Assembly: GCA_029267795.1 (NCBI GenBank)
Contig: JAJUHR010000001.1
Location: 1-45,515, forward strand
DNA: 45,515 bases
Source of the DNA: Planctomycetota bacterium
Lineage (GTDB): Bacteria; Planctomycetota; Phycisphaerae; Phycisphaerales; Phycisphaeraceae
Reading direction: 5' to 3'
Both the position numbers and the translations under genes were made by a program. The number at the start of each line of letters is the position of its first letter. Positions within the stretch are counted from its first letter, which is position 1. Below the pieces are notes generated by a model. The model was not told the DNA's origin and did not search any database. It saw only the letters and a program-made list of their open reading frames with translations. Below are positions 45,089-45,515 of this stretch, in pieces.

Positions 45089-45379
45089 ATCGACCAGAGA
45101 TCGACGCAACACGCGACGACTCCGAACGATCAGGCTCTTTAAGGGTTTTAGTTTTCGGTGTGGCGTCTGCTGCTTCAGCATGGGTATTCAAGTTAAGGGG
45201 GCAAGTGTTGGCGCTGGTGGCTTCGATTAGCCCTGGCGCCAACGGTGCCCGACCGGGGGGAAGATGGGGTAGGAGCAGGGGGCAAGAAAGGGCTTGAGTT
45301 GGTAGGGAAGGAATAGGGGGTACAGGGAGCAGAGAGAAGATTTAGGACGCGACCGGTTAGCGCTGGTCAGCGGCCATTG

Positions 45380-45487
45380 TCGGTGAAGACAGCGGCGGGG
45401 TCACACCTGATCCCATTCCGAACTCAGCAGTTAAGCCCGCCGCGCCGATGATACTGCCTCAGCGGGAAAGTAGGTCATCGCCGGCTT
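45380..45487 (+). rRNA. rrf: 5S ribosomal RNA (short, about 106-108 nt)
   Basis: GTCGGTGAAGAC at the 5' end pairs with GTCATCGCCGGC at the 3' end: 11 of 12 positions, including two G-U pairs. Internal conserved CACACCTGATCCCATTCCGAACTCAGCAGTTAAGC and GGGAAAGTAGGTC. Confidence 0.85.
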
Positions 45488-45515
45488 AAATCACCCGTGG
45501 TTGCCTAAAGCAGCC

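Noticed and set aside
45361-45393. Apparent 13-nt hairpin insertion (TGTCGGTGAAGAC) in the 5S rRNA if the gene is started at GCTGGTCAGCGGCC
   Set aside because: Re-pairing shows GTCGGTGAAGAC is itself helix I, pairing with the 3' end GTCATCGCCGGC. The 5S simply starts at about 45380 and there is no insertion.

Overview
High-GC window, probably Planctomycetota: LEPR-XLL-type giant secreted protein, a DUF4915/TIGR03032 relic, and a 23S-5S operon with no 16S upstream. On the minus strand, 1-18176 is a defence island made of two tightly coupled operons. Operon A (13123 down to 1) encodes an excisionase-type HTH, a Schlafen/AlbA_2-HATPase_c_4-wHTH protein, a 1723-aa DEAD/DEAH helicase fused to DUF1998 and a Vsr/DUF559-like endonuclease, an SNF2 helicase, and a large N6-adenine methyltransferase. 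The methyltransferase ORF is missing from the supplied ORF track because it runs off the window edge, and it carries an in-frame (CAGA)29 microsatellite. Operon B (18176 down to 13728) encodes a DUF4338/DruA-like protein, a NurA-like nuclease and a HerA-like ATPase. Together they look like an undescribed Druantia/DISARM hybrid. Next come a decayed IS HTH scar with a BrxC/DUF499-like C-terminal fragment, and a 3607-aa RHS/YD polymorphic toxin with an embedded FG-GAP array and a low-GC orphan C-terminal tip. After that are a frameshifted DUF4915 pseudogene and a ~5 kb integrative element (AlpA-like, Zn-ribbon, PrimPol, XRE, tyrosine integrase) at tRNA-Ser(UGA). The window ends with a P-type ATPase, a small membrane protein, and a promoter-driven 23S-5S rRNA operon.
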